DNA of 64,000 nt from Octopus vulgaris (Eukaryota): NCBI GenBank assembly GCA_951406725.2, contig OX597818.1, forward strand, positions 1,860,001 to 1,924,000, read 5' to 3'. Position 1 is the stretch's first letter, and each line of letters starts with the position of its first letter. Below, one piece after another: positions 46,785-59,591 of the stretch. Below the pieces are notes generated by a model. That model had not been told where the DNA came from. It worked only from the letters and a program-made list of their open reading frames with translations, and ran no database searches. The position numbers and the translations under genes were made by a program.

Positions 46785-49170
46785 GTATATATAACTATGT
46801 ATATACGCGTGTACATGTAGAATTTGCTACCATTTCTAACAGGCTTAAACAAACATGTAGCGGCTCCTTCCTGTGCACGCCTTATTCATATTGATGTTTC
46901 CCAAGTTTATTTGATGATCATTTAAGAGGTTAAAAATTAATTATCTGCTACATGACTATATTTCTGTTTATTTTCATGCGTAAAATTGCTTATAAATATT
47001 GGACGGGCTAGGATGCAGCTAAATGAATTAATATCAATTCTTGCATCGATCCTAAAAAGATGAAATTCAAAGTTGACTTAGGTAGTATTTTGAACTGAGA
47101 AAGTAAGGACTGCTGCTAAACACTGAAATTAATTTTATTTGTCATGCCAACGATTCTATCAATCCAGTGCCGCGATGTATATTTGAAATGAAATATGTCT
47201 TTTATTGATCAGATATACAATAGCTTCTCAGAGGTAAAAACGGCATAACCTACTCCTGTAGTAGATTATGCTTTTATTGTATCTCATCTATATTTTTCAC
47301 ATGTCCAGGAGTAATTACTATTTCTATTAATGTTGCAAGCATTCTTTAACCTGTGGCACATGTACTCATGCATAACTTTCTGTCGGTATTCAAAATATTG
47401 ACAGGGTTGATGTATTTTTGACTATATACCCCACCCCACTATGTACTAGTATTCGTGCCCAATCAGATTTAAATTCTCATCAGTTGTACTTTTTTCTTCC
47501 TGTATTAATGTGTATGCGGGGTAGATAAAATTAAGATCTCCAGTCTATACATTTTTGTAACTTCCTGTATCAGGTATACAGAATATGCAGTTTTGTGGCA
47601 GTGTTTATCTAATTAAGCAGTATAACTGGTGAATGTGTCTGTTACTAGATTTAAACCTCATGCAGATAGTTTCAAACGATATCTAAACAGTTAATCAAAT
47701 TGCTATCACCAATTAATATCTGATTTCTAAAAGAAATACAAATTTGGAGCTTCTGCCAGCGCTCTTTCCACTTGGATGTAATTTGAATAAACGATAGCTC
47801 CATATCAAAATAAGCTCTTCTTCCCATAAAAATCAGAAATTTTCTTCTCTGTAAATCTATCACTTGATCAGGACTGAACGTTTCCAATATTCCATCAATG
47901 ACTGCTTATACTGTGATTCTGTGTTTTACATAGGGGTTAATTCTTTCCCTAAAATCACCGAACAATCTGTGATGAACTGGCTCAGCCGCATGTTTTCATC
48001 TATTTCGTAACTAGAGATAGCAACTTGCTTGTATCAGAAGAGATGAATGGGGATCCATGATGAGACGAGAATACGTAATCTGAGTCATTACATGTTCCTT
48101 GTGCTTCCTGTTTTAAAAACAAAGCTTCTAATAAAGTTCTAAGAGGTAATAGTCCAGAAGTAATAGTCACTAACAGCAGCATCGTACCGAATTTGCCATA
48201 CAACAAATCCCAAATATATAATCTTCCGAGTCTTTCGATGATGTTATGGCTTTCGTTATCTTCCTATTCGACTATTTTTACATTCACAATTTTCACTATA
48301 TAGATGGAATTTATAGGTATTAATAACCACTTACATCGCCAACATTCCTTAACTTTTATATGTTCCTGGTTATATATTTCTATCACTTTAAGGAGGCGTA
48401 CTGGCAAAATCGATACCACTCCGGGAAAAATGCTTAGCGGCATTTCTTTTGAGTTTGTTTTGAGTTCATATGCTGCCGGAGCCGACTTTACCTTTTATCC
48501 TTTCAGGGTCGATAAAATAAGTACCAGTTGAGCATTCGAGTAAATACAATTGCCTAACCGCCTCCCACGAAATTGCTTGCCTTAAGCCAAATTTTGAGAC
48601 CAATGGATTTTTATCACTTGAAAACTTCACTATTTGCTGCACTTTGAATCTTGTCAAGTATAATTCTTTTCTGTTGGTTTTAACAATCACCCAGATTTCA
48701 AAATTTTTACTTCTGTTCGCCAAATTTCTACCAGTTCAAAATTCATTCTTCAATTACTATGATTTGTATGTCCTTGCAGCTAAAGCTAGAAGTATTAATC
48801 AGTGAATTGATGTTGGAAACAATACTTCAGTGTCTTAATATTTTTTCTCGCCTTCTTATTGTTCATTCAGCTATTTCCCTCTCCATATATTCATGTAATA
48901 AACAATTTCTTTTATAGGGATATACAATTTCGCCAATGGCCTTCACGTGTGCATTGAAATGTATCTTTCTGCTTCAAAATCATACTTTTTTTTTTTTACT
49001 TCAATATGGCAGGCTTGGCGAACCTCTTTCAAACTCTTGATTGAAATTGAAATTTTTCCAATGTTTAATTCGCTACCAGCATGTACAGTAAATTTTGTTT
49101 TTTTCTTTTTTTTACTAGGGCAGTAATTGGGTCAAATTCATTTTTTTTTTTCTTGTGCTTCCTCGAAGCC

Positions 49171-49795
49171 ACCTTAAGCAAGGCCGATTAGCTACTTCTA
49201 AACAATAGGATGTGACATTAATGAAGAGAAAAACGCAAATGTAATATGGCAATAAAATAATTTATAGAAATTTAGATAAAAAGAACTGGTGGCACAGAAT
49301 ACGGTAAATGAGGTAACAATAAAGGAATTTATCAAATGAGTTGGTAATGAGAGAACTGGTGAGATACATATGAAAATGAAGGAAATCCCATGTTAAGCAA
49401 GGCAATTGCTAACCCGAACTTTCAAAAGATCAAGATCATATTCTACAGAAATACAATAAGGCAGTGTTTATCTCAGAATTCAACTGTTCAGAGAAAAAAG
49501 ATTTGTGTATGAAACTTGCAGCTTGTCCGTGAAACGTGCACGAAGCACGGACGTCCTTCACACATATTTGCCAAATCAGAAATATCCAATGAAGTAACAG
49601 TAGAAAAGGACCAGAATTGAAGCATCCTGTCAAGAACAGGGGGTTGGGGATGAATAGAAGAGTTCATCGCAAACACCTTAAGCAAGTCCGATTAGCTGCT
49701 TCTAACCAAGACGAAATAGGATGTGGCATTAACGAAAAGAAAAAGCAAATGTAATATGGCAATAAACTAATTTATAGAAATTTAGATAAAAAGAA
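49171..49795. repeat. ~115-bp direct repeats (49171-49285, 49675-49795) around a ~390-bp unique core
   Basis: ACCTTAAGCAAG.CCGATTAGCT ... TTTAGATAAAAAGAA occurs twice. Confidence 0.8.
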
Positions 49796-49841
49796 ATGAT
49801 CGCGTGGAAAAAAATAGTACTCGAATACCGGTGGTAGAGTA

Positions 49842-49975
49842 ATATACTTTATACATAAAGCTGCAAAGACATCGCAAAAACTGTTACTCAGAGTTTCACG
49901 TTCTGACTAACGGGAACGTGAAACTCTGAGTAACAGTTTTTGCGATGTCTTTGCAGCTTTATGTATAAAGTATAT
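49842..49975. repeat. Perfect 62-bp palindrome, 10-nt loop, with a hammerhead-like core at the axis
   Basis: 49842-49903 is the reverse complement of 49914-49975. Confidence 0.9.
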
Positions 49976-50020
49976 ATAGAGAGTATATATATATAAGGCT
50001 ATATAAAGTATGTATATATA

Positions 50021-50228
50021 AGGCTGGCAGAAACGTTAGCACGTCGGGCGAAATGCTTAAAAGTATTTCGTCTGTCTTAACTTTCTGAGTTCAATTTCCG
50101 CCGAGGTCGACTTTGCCTTTCATCCTTTCGGGGTCGATAAATTAAGTACCAGTTGCGTACTGGGGTCGATCTAATCGACTGCCCCCTCCCCGAAAATTTG
50201 GGGCCTTGTGCCTAGAGTAGAAAAGAAC
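50021..50228 (+). mobile_element. SINE family 2, near-complete copy
   Basis: TGGCAGAAACGTTAGC head, GAGTTCAATTTCC B-box-like site, conserved central block. Confidence 0.8.
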
Positions 50229-50231
50229 AAA

Positions 50232-50268
<37 letters not shown>

Positions 50269-50271
<3 letters not shown>

Positions 50272-51015
50272 AAGTCTATTTACCAACGCAACGTAGCAGT
50301 CCTACGCAGGACGACGTTACTAATTTTTAGCCCCAGGAAAACATCTTTCCAGTTGTCTACCGATATATGATATGTGTCCGTATACTGTGAGCAAGGGAGT
50401 CTACAGCCCTCTTTCTAGCCGTAACGATACCTGTAGACCAATGCTTTCTGGGTAATTTTCCTTCCTCGATACAAGACAACAGCCGGCTAGAGATAGCGGT
50501 CACTCGCTTTGCTCACAGTATATACTTTTAAAGCGACACACAGCCGCTGATCTTGTAAAGAGAGCAACTAGTTTTAAATCTCTGAGTGGATGTGTAGTAA
50601 CAGTACCTTACAGTACAGTCTATTTGCCAACGCAATGTGGCAGTCCTACGCAGGACGATGTAACTACTTTTTAGCCCCAGTTAAACATTTTTTCAAGATG
50701 GCTACCGACACATGATCTGTGTCCATATACAGTAAGCAAGGGAGTCTACCGCCCACTTTCTAGCCGCAGTGATACCTGAAATTGCCCAGAAACCATTGGT
50801 CTGCAGGTATCGCTACGGCTGGAAAGAGGGCGGTAGACTCCCTTGCTCACAGTATACGGACACAGATCATGTGTCGGAAGCCAGCTAGAAAAGATGTTTT
50901 CCTGAGCTTAAAAAGTAGTAACATCATCCTGCGTAGGGCTGCCACGTTGCGTTGGTAAATAGACTTTACAGTAAGATACTGTTACTACACATTTCTCGCT
51001 CAGAGATTTAAAACT
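50269..51015. repeat. Three-unit repeat: two direct copies and one inverted copy of a ~190-240-bp unit
   Basis: 50269-50458 resembles 50612-50778; 50779-51015 is the reverse complement of the unit; abuts (TA)n. Confidence 0.85.
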
Positions 51016-51024
51016 GTTTGGGTA

Positions 51025-51525
51025 AATTACCCTTAGAAGGCGGGAAAATTTGTCAACAACCAGCCATGGAGCTCGAGCCCATATCGCTCAAAATCTCCGA
51101 CTGAGTGTTTTACCAATGAGGTAAACTGCCTGCTGACAAATTCATCCACCGAATTAGACGCTATTTACTTTAGCTTTATAGAACAACCATGTGTGTATAA
51201 ATGTAAGCAAACAAATATTTGTTTTTTATTAGAAGCTCTAACGGCAACTTTGCGTTCGAAAAAGTATTTTCTTATTTGTATCTTACATTACACCTTTCTA
51301 AAGCTAAAGTATTTACGTCTAATTCGGAGAATGGATTTATAAGCCGGTAGTTTAGCTTAATGTTAAAGCCTTCAGCTGCAATCTTAGAGGGATATGAGTT
51401 CGAGTCTCATGACTGGTTGTTGACAAGCTTTTCTGCCTTGTAAGGGTAATTTTTTCTAGTATTTCTGCTGTTCTAACAGCAACTTAGCGTTCGAAAAATA
51501 TCATTTTATTTGTGTCGTACAATAT
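51025..51525. repeat. Inverted repeat with a decayed tRNA-like sequence in each arm, plus a ~55-bp direct repeat
   Basis: 51025-51183 resembles the reverse complement of 51296-51452; arm has TAGCTTAATGTTAAAGC and GAGTTCGAGTCTC boxes; direct repeat 51237-51290/51472-51525. Confidence 0.7.
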
Positions 51526-51530
51526 ATAAA

Positions 51531-52166
51531 TTGGAAAAGTTCAGGACAGCTTATTATATCTGGTAAAGTACAGAACAAGGATAAAATTTCAAATAAAATC
51601 TTTAGATTTAGAAAATATTAGCTTTTGTTAAAACTAAAAATTTCATTAAAAGTTATCACTTCTATTTGTTAATATCTTTTGCACTTTAAAAAAATTCATT
51701 TTTTAATTATTAATTAATAATTAGAAATTTGAAAATAGGTTATAAAAAATAATAGTAGTACATAATTAGTACAATAAATAGAATAATACAAAAATTAGTT
51801 ATATATTACAGTAAAATCTACCTATAACAACAAATACATAGTAAAATTTGCTTGAGTTATATCCAAGTCTTCACATTTTTAGTCTTGACCCAATGTCTAT
51901 TTTTTTACGTAATGAATTTGACTACCATATATACTATTCAACTTTGCATAAAACTTTAGCTATATTGGTACTTCTCGCTCTCATTTATTCTAGTGAATCG
52001 ATATTTCAGCAAAATGATGGCACCTTTTTTAATTATAATGTTACTTTATAAATTATTTTTAGTACATAATTTTTAATATTCAAATTTTATCCTTAGCTGC
52101 AATATTTTAAGTAGAAATTTTCTTGTTGTATTACCAGATGTAATAAGTTGTCCTGAACTTTTCCAA
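51531..52166. mobile_element. AT-rich MITE with ~36-bp TIRs
   Basis: TTGGAAAAGTTCAGGACAGCTTATTATATCTGGTAA ... TTACCAGATGTAATAAGTTGTCCTGAACTTTTCCAA. Confidence 0.75.
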
Positions 52167-52536
52167 GTGTAATAACTTGTTCTGTAATTTTCCAGGTTTA
52201 TAATCTTAAGAATATTATTTCCCTTCTTCGCATTTTTCCATGTAATCCATGTTTTTCCAGGTTATGCTATTATGCTAATTAGCGGTGTCGTTAATAATTT
52301 TCTCCTTACCTCAATGACACCGGTGACATATGTTAAAAGTCCTTCTATAGAAATATATTCATTAAAAAGTAGAGAACTATATTATCACCCTCAAATTGAG
52401 AAAAAAAAAACACTCATAACTTTTTCTTTTAAAACTTCATTGAATGAAATTGATACCATGAAATTCCTCGAATTGAGCTCTATTATATAAGCTAAAATTA
52501 AAATATAGTTTAAATTTTAAAAAGTTAATAATATCT

Positions 52537-54350
52537 GGCGGCGTCCCTTGCAGCGGCCGGGTTTGGCCCGACCTACCGTGGTTGGATCACCGCTTTATAT
52601 AGCAAAATCGAATTGGTAGTTCGGATGAACGGTTTCTTTTCGGAACCGTTCTGCATTGAGCGATCGGTACATGAGTGTCCTCTCTCTCTTCTTCTCTATG
52701 TTTTACCCTCGAGCAATTTCTGCGGAAGTTGGAGGCTATGAGAGGCACCCCACGAGATCTAAGGTTCGGAAAATCGATTTCGGCGTATGCGGAGGACATC
52801 ACCGTCATCGTATCCCGCGTCGAACACCTACAGTGGGTAGGTGAGTCCATAAGGGATTACGAAGCAGTGGCAGGAGCAAAAATTAACCGGGTAAATCGGT
52901 CGACTTGTAGCTCGCCACCTGGAGGGGCAAGTCGATGCCGCTCAACAGCATCGTGGACGTTGGACAGACGAACCGGTAAAAATGATAGGGGTCTGCTTTG
53001 GTCCAGACCTCCAGATAGAGAAGAACTAAAATGAGGTGGCGATCAGGGTTGCTCTCCTAACCCAGAACTGGTCTGAGCGAAGCTATCCCTGAAAGGGAGG
53101 ACGGAGGTTGCAGGTGTGTTCATCGCATCTGTAATTACCTGCTACCTGACCGTCGTACCTTGCCCAGATTCGTGGCTGAACAAGATGGAATGCTTGCTAT
53201 TCCGTTTTTTGTGGAGGGACAGGGGACCTCTTGTAAGGCGATCTATCTGCTGCCAACAACTGCTGAAGGGTGGCTGGGGATGTCATGGCTAAAAATACGC
53301 AGGCATGCGCTGAGGCTGAGGTACCTCTGGCTCTACGTGGACGGTGAGCAGGTAGGTCTTCGTTCGTCAGACTGTTATTTCCACGGTTCACCTCTTTTAC
53401 TGAACTGGACCCATAGATTAAGCGTAGACCGAAGTTGGGAGTTTGGCAGGCAGAGTGTCGTCAGGCACTCGTGCTTCTCTCCCAGGCAGGCAGCGCAAGC
53501 GACGGGGTTCCACCTCGTCCTTTAATAGAGTGTTAGTAGAGTTTAAGTGTGACGACGCCCGACGAGAAACACTAGGCTTCGACGACGGTGAACTCGCCAG
53601 CCTGTACCAGAGAACATTCTGACCAGGACCTTTGGATAATTTCCTGACATGGCAATGTTACCGAGGTGCCTTACCTGTTTGGGACAAACTCTTCAGGCAT
53701 GGTTCTTCATCCACACCAACTCGTCCAAAATGCGAACAGAACAGTTAAACTGTCCTGCACGCAATCGTGTAATGTCTGAAGATTGCGGAACTTTGAGTTT
53801 ATGTTCGACAACTGTTGTCACATCTGAGAAGTGTACATCTGTCAATTGAGTCTATAATTAAGATTGTTACGCCGTCTTCCCTCAATAGAGAAGAGCAGGC
53901 TTGTTTCCTCTGTGTAGTAGCTACCGCAAAGGAGGTAGTGTGGAAGACGAGAGTGAAAGGGATCGCGACAGGCATTTTTATCTCCAGCCTGGGATTGGTT
54001 AACTTTTTTCTTTTCCACATGAAAAGAAAAATAAGGCTGGAGAAGAGATGCCTGTCGCACGGAATATTTTGGAAAAGTTGGAAGACTGTAGCAAGTGTGT
54101 TGAGAGTGAATGAACCTGTTTAAGCGAGAATTTAAAGTTTCCAGCAAGAAATTCAGTATTGGAATATGGTTTGTGGTATCGGCCACGTCCCGCACTTCAT
54201 AATTGTTTATTCATCCGATATTCATACACATTCATCATCGTTTTTCAATTATATATATCTTCATGATGTTGTTTCATTCGTTCCACGACCCCTTGTCTGT
54301 CCTTGTTTCGTCCACTCTGTATCTTGACCGTAATGGTTAATAAAGAAAAG
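52537..54350 (+). mobile_element. L1/Tx1-clade LINE, 5'-truncated and degenerate
   Basis: VRMNG..SEPF..ERSV, CPLS.LLY, AYAEDITV (YADD), YEAVAGAKIN, LSLKGR; ends AATAAAGAAAA. Confidence 0.82.
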
Positions 54351-54457
54351 AGTTTGAAAACGGCTGCGAGAAACTTGAAACTAACTCACTCTAAACATTA
54401 TTATTAAGATTAAAATGAGAATTATCCCCTCAAAAAAGCCATATCTATTCATTATTT

Positions 54458-54838
54458 AGGCGCAGGAGTGGCTGTGTGGTAAGTAGTTTGCTTACCAACC
54501 ACAGGATTCTGGGTTCAGTCCCACTGCGTGGCACCTTCAGCAAGTGTCTCTACTATAGCCTCGGGCCGACCAAAGCCTTGTAAGTGGATTTGGTAGGCGG
54601 AAACTGAAAGAATCCCGTCATAAATATACGAGTGTGTGTGTGTGTGTCTGTGTTTGTCTCCCACCATTGATTGACAACCGACGTTGGTGTGTTTACGTCC
54701 CTGTAACCTAGCGGTTCAGCAAAAAACTGATAGGATAAGTACTAGACTTACAAAAATAAGTCCTTGGGCCGATTTGTTCGACTAAAGGCGGTGCTCCAGC
54801 ATGGCAGCTGTCATATGACTGAAACAAATAAAAATAAA
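54458..54838 (+). mobile_element. SINE family 1, full-length copy
   Basis: A box TGGCTGTGTGG, B box GGTTCAGTCCC, internal (TG)n, tail GGCGGTGCTCCAGCATGG...TGACTGAAAC; other copies 55418-55635(+), 57877-58285(-), 60978-61200(-). Confidence 0.85.
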
Positions 54839-55113
54839 GTATATATATAATATAATATAATATAATATAATATAATATAGAGTAAAATTAATTAATTAAT
54901 TAATCATTTTACCAAGTAGTCAATACATTAAAATACCTTTTTAGGTAAATTATACAAAATATTCTATAATTATATACATAATTATAATCAGGGGTCAGCT
55001 AAGTGCCTCGCCGAAATAGACGCTAATGTCTTTTCAACTACCATAAAAATCTCCAAGACAAAACACACTTCATATATATATTTATATATATATATACATA
55101 CACACACACATAC

Positions 55114-55169
<56 letters not shown>

Positions 55170-56514
55170 GTACATAGAGAGTTGATGGTGATGGGTAGAT
55201 AGAGAGAGAGATTAATGATGTTTATGCTAACAAACGATTGATATGACTCAGAGTCGCATGTGAAATCATAATTTCACAGGGAAATCAAATCCATAACATA
55301 CTCATCCGGTGAATGTAAAATTGTTGTTTGCACCCGAAATTCCGAGTCATACCAATTATTTACACACACACACACACTATATTCATTGCTAAGCACTCAG
55401 TACACATGTGGACATATGCGTGGCTGTGTGGTAAACGTTTGCTTCCCAACCACATGGTTCTGGTATTAGGCTTGCGAATGGATTTGGTAGACGGAAACTG
55501 AAAGATGCCTGACATATGTAATAAGTGCGTGTGTGTGTGCGCGCGTGCATATGTATTTGTGTGTCTTTGTGCCTTTGTTTGTCTCCACCACCTCTTGACA
55601 ACCGGTGTTCGTTTGTTTATGTTCCCGTTCGGCAAAACTTATGCTTTAGACTAAACCATCAGGTGAGTATAGTGCGTGATAGCAATTAATAATTGACAAA
55701 GGAACAAGAGTTAGGTAATCACTGTCATTAGTCTACAGCTTTTCTTGCCATAAGATGTCGCACAAGTACTCAGCTCTGAAAACAAGCTTCTTATAGCTGA
55801 AACAGAAGTAAGCTAAGGAAAGTGATTACGTAACTCCTGTTCTTTTGGTATTCATGCAATTGATGTATGTATGTATGTATGTATGTATGTATGTATGTAT
55901 GTATGTATGTATGTATGTATGTATGTATGTATGTATGTATGTATGTATGTATGTATGTACGTCCGTGTGTACGTGGGAAATAATACACTACACAGCTGTT
56001 GGTATAATTTGAAATGAAAGGTAGCTTTTTTTCTCGATAGGCATATTTTCAGTCTTACTGTGAAAAGTAAACAATATTACACTACTAACTTTATCTCGCC
56101 GTGACGGAATGAGTAGGCTCTATCTAACAGATTTCTACTCATCTGCTTGTATTAATGTTGTCAGTGTATACACTATTATGTAATTCAATCGCACCAGTTT
56201 AGCTGTGTCCGAGTTTGATTACACTATTTATAGTTATAAGCAGACGAATCACTCTTTGGACAAAAAATGGGTACTCTTTCACTGACGAAAGTCTAACAAG
56301 GCTAAAAATTCATCAGGTCAATCCTACGGAAAGATAAGAACCTGTGAAATAACTGGGTTTTATTTTGTATGTTTATTTAAAATGTTATGCCTTACAATTT
56401 TATATACGACATTCACATATACATATGTTGAATGGAAACAAATTAATGAGAGCCAGCAGAGTTTTACATCTATATTCTTAAAAAGTGGCTGCAACTGATA
56501 AGGAACGCAGAATC

Positions 56515-56965
56515 ACGTGAATTTCATACATGAACAAGAGGTGGTAGAAGAGAGAAACAGCGTGTGAGTGGTAGAAGAGAGAAACATCATGTAAGTGGTA
56601 GATGAAAGGGGAATTGAATGAGGAGGAGAAATAGGCAAAGTTAAGAGTGAGGTGAGAAGGAAGTTGGTGGATAATAAAGGGTTTAAAGTACTAAGAACAT
56701 GAAACTTTGTTTCCTCCACTTCCCTTAGAATGTGGATCCATAATGTACATTGATGCCGCACACTGATAAGTGCGTAATGGAACTGCCTGTTGTATTGAAG
56801 CGGGTGGCGACCGGCTGACGCCCAAGTCACAGTATCATATAACTCAGAACCTTTGTAACATATCGTCCAACCTTATATAATGTGTCTTGAGCAAACTTTT
56901 CGGTTCCCTTTACCATGGGGAAACAAATCGACGCCTTGCCGATCACTTTCGGGAGCACATTATGG
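56515..56965. mobile_element. Rearranged Penelope-like GIY-YIG relic
   Basis: + strand ~56865-56965 reads SNLI*CVLSKLFGSLYHGETNRRLADHFREH, cf. SNIIYCISC..LYIGQTGRRLADRFAEH in the 62-kb ORF; probable endonuclease C-terminus on - strand 56515-56830. Confidence 0.6.
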
Positions 56966-57096
56966 TTATCATAATTTCTCTTATATTTGCTTTGTATGTT
57001 ATTACTAATTGTAGTAGTAACCAAACTACTCTACTGGAAGCAGACTGAATGATGATAATGTGGGACTCTAAGCTCAACAGTAGTCCAAGATATTCT

Positions 57097-57127
<31 letters not shown>

Positions 57128-57876
57128 TGTGTATATATACGGTCTCAATGGAAGAACACTCAACACCTTATGTAAAATACATATTTGTAGTTAAATTATA
57201 AACAACTCACCCGACCATTACTCAGAATTTCTTTGACACGAATGTACGTATCTAATGGATTAGATGTCTTTGATAAGTAGTGCCTTAACCTCATCCCGCT
57301 TAAAATTTGTTCCTTATTGGTTACTTATAAGCTACGTTCCTATTGAATATACCAGATTTATAATTAAATGTTGAGGACTGCTACTTCATATAGCACCAGA
57401 TGTTTAGGTTGTGATGGTACTAGTAAAATCCCAGTGCCATTTCAGTGATCAGCGACCTCGATGTTAAAATAGATATTAGAATAGTAATGAACAGTCGTTG
57501 TTGTATCATGACCATTCTTACAGGGTTAAAAAGAATAAAAACTTGTATTCGACATTTCCATGAGAAGCTATAAGAGGACTAAGGTGGATAACCTAGTTTC
57601 ATTGGTTATCCCTGATACTCTCAGGAATCGAACCATCCCTCCTCACATCTCGGAATAGTACAAAGATGACGTTTTAGCAGTCTCACATAGTGTGAATAGC
57701 CATACTATCGATAAATTCAGAAAAGATCTAACAGACATATTAAAAGTTGGCAAAAATATAACTATCTACACCAAATCTAACTATAGCTAATTTCATAAAC
57801 ATTTCTTCGGGTTACAAATGTAGACAGACAGATGTTTGATGGTTTCTTGCATTCATGAAATAACATATTTTCCCTT

Positions 57877-58285
57877 TACTCTTTTTACTCTTTTACTTGT
57901 TTCAGTCATTTGACTGCGGCCATGCTGGAGCACCACCTTTAGTCGAGCAACTCGACCCCGGGACTTATTCTTTTTGTAAGCCCAGTACTTATTCTATCGG
58001 TCTCTTTTGCCGAACCGCTAAGTGACGGGGACGTAAACACACCAGCATCGGTTGTCAAGCAATGCGAGGGGAACAAACACAGACACACAAACACACACAC
58101 ATACATATATATACATATATACGACAGGCTTCTTTCAGTTTCCGTCTACCAAATCCACTCACAAGGCATTGGTCGGCCCGGGGCTATAGCAGAAGACACT
58201 TGCCCAAGATGCCACGCAGTGGGACTGAACCCGGAACCATGTGACTGGTTAGCAAGCTACTTACCACACAGCCACTCCTGCGCCT
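57877..58285 (-). mobile_element. SINE family 1, full-length copy
   Basis: Reverse complement of the 54458-54838 family, with (AAAAGAGT)n tail. Confidence 0.88.
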
Positions 58286-58809
58286 TTGTGAAATTGAATC
58301 AGCAGTTATTGACATCAGTAAAAGAATTAACTGTTTGAGCTTTTATTTAGTTCCCTTTAAGTGAATAACTATTTAGGTACGTTTCTTTATATTACAGCAG
58401 TTTATTGTAGTTTATAGTAGGTGATGCCTTAGTACGCTCAGTAGAGTACCAGGCAACATACAGTGAAACAAGTAGTTGACTCTTTATGCTTTTGGTACAA
58501 ACCCCACTTAAGTGGACTTTACCTTCTGTCAATAAAATAAGTTACAATCAAGAGATCGATAGTTCTTTCTGCCACTATAATTTTCTTAGTGCTTTTTTTC
58601 CAAACTATTATGGATGATCTAATAGAAACTTTCATTTTATTGACGAATTTAATAACAATATATGTAATACATTTGTTAACTATGTATCATAGGAGCGTAT
58701 TGCATCTACCAAGACCCTTTAATATAAATATCACTCTACTGAAATGCGAATTTATATATTTTCTCACATGAGATAGATATAGCAAACTGGTATAAATATA
58801 CATACATAG

Positions 58810-58859
<50 letters not shown>

Positions 58860-59523
58860 ACGTTAACCAGAAGCTATTTATATTTATCATTAAACTTGAG
58901 TGAATGAAATTCAAAGGAATATGTTTTATTGTTTTTTCTTAAAGAAAATATATTTAATAAAGAAAAAGATTAAGGAAAAGAGAATAATTTCTTATTACTT
59001 TTAGTGAGAATCAGTAAATAAGCAAAAATGCGACAGGTGATACTGACATTTAAGTCAAATTCCAGTAAATTTATCTGATTTTTGGGGCGTTTTCTCAAAT
59101 CTTTGACACTCTTTCTGACATACCATGAATATATCAGATCGGATTTCATGTGTAACACCTTTATTTATTTTGTTTGGTAGTTATTGTATGTTTATTATAT
59201 TAAGAAAACAAAAATTCCATCCTATACTGTTTCTAAGGGTGTGTATTGTGACTAAACTGTATATATCAAGATATCTTGAACTTATGATCAAGCAGATAAT
59301 TATGCTGTTCTTGTATTGTAAGCTTTTATATTATTTCTTTCTGCTTCTGGGTTTTGGTCGTTTTGGAGCGAGTACTTTCACTGTAGTTTATATTCTGTGA
59401 TTAAACAACAATAACCTCAATGACCTCGCGATAATTGGCCGCAACTACATGGAGGTTCAATCAGCCGTTCAACTCCTCAGTATGTACGTGTCACTCAGCC
59501 AAGACAAAGATTGTATTTCCAGG

Positions 59524-59591
<68 letters not shown>

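Noticed and set aside
51343-51417. Functional tRNA gene
   Set aside because: Stems are imperfect and it lies in a duplicated repeat arm; treated as tRNA-derived.
55240-57260. Half-hammerhead words (GAAATTCCGAGTC at ~55336; GAAATTCTGAGTA on the minus strand at ~57220) and a loose match at 44590-44630
   Set aside because: No convincing CUGANGA half with a pairing stem I was found.
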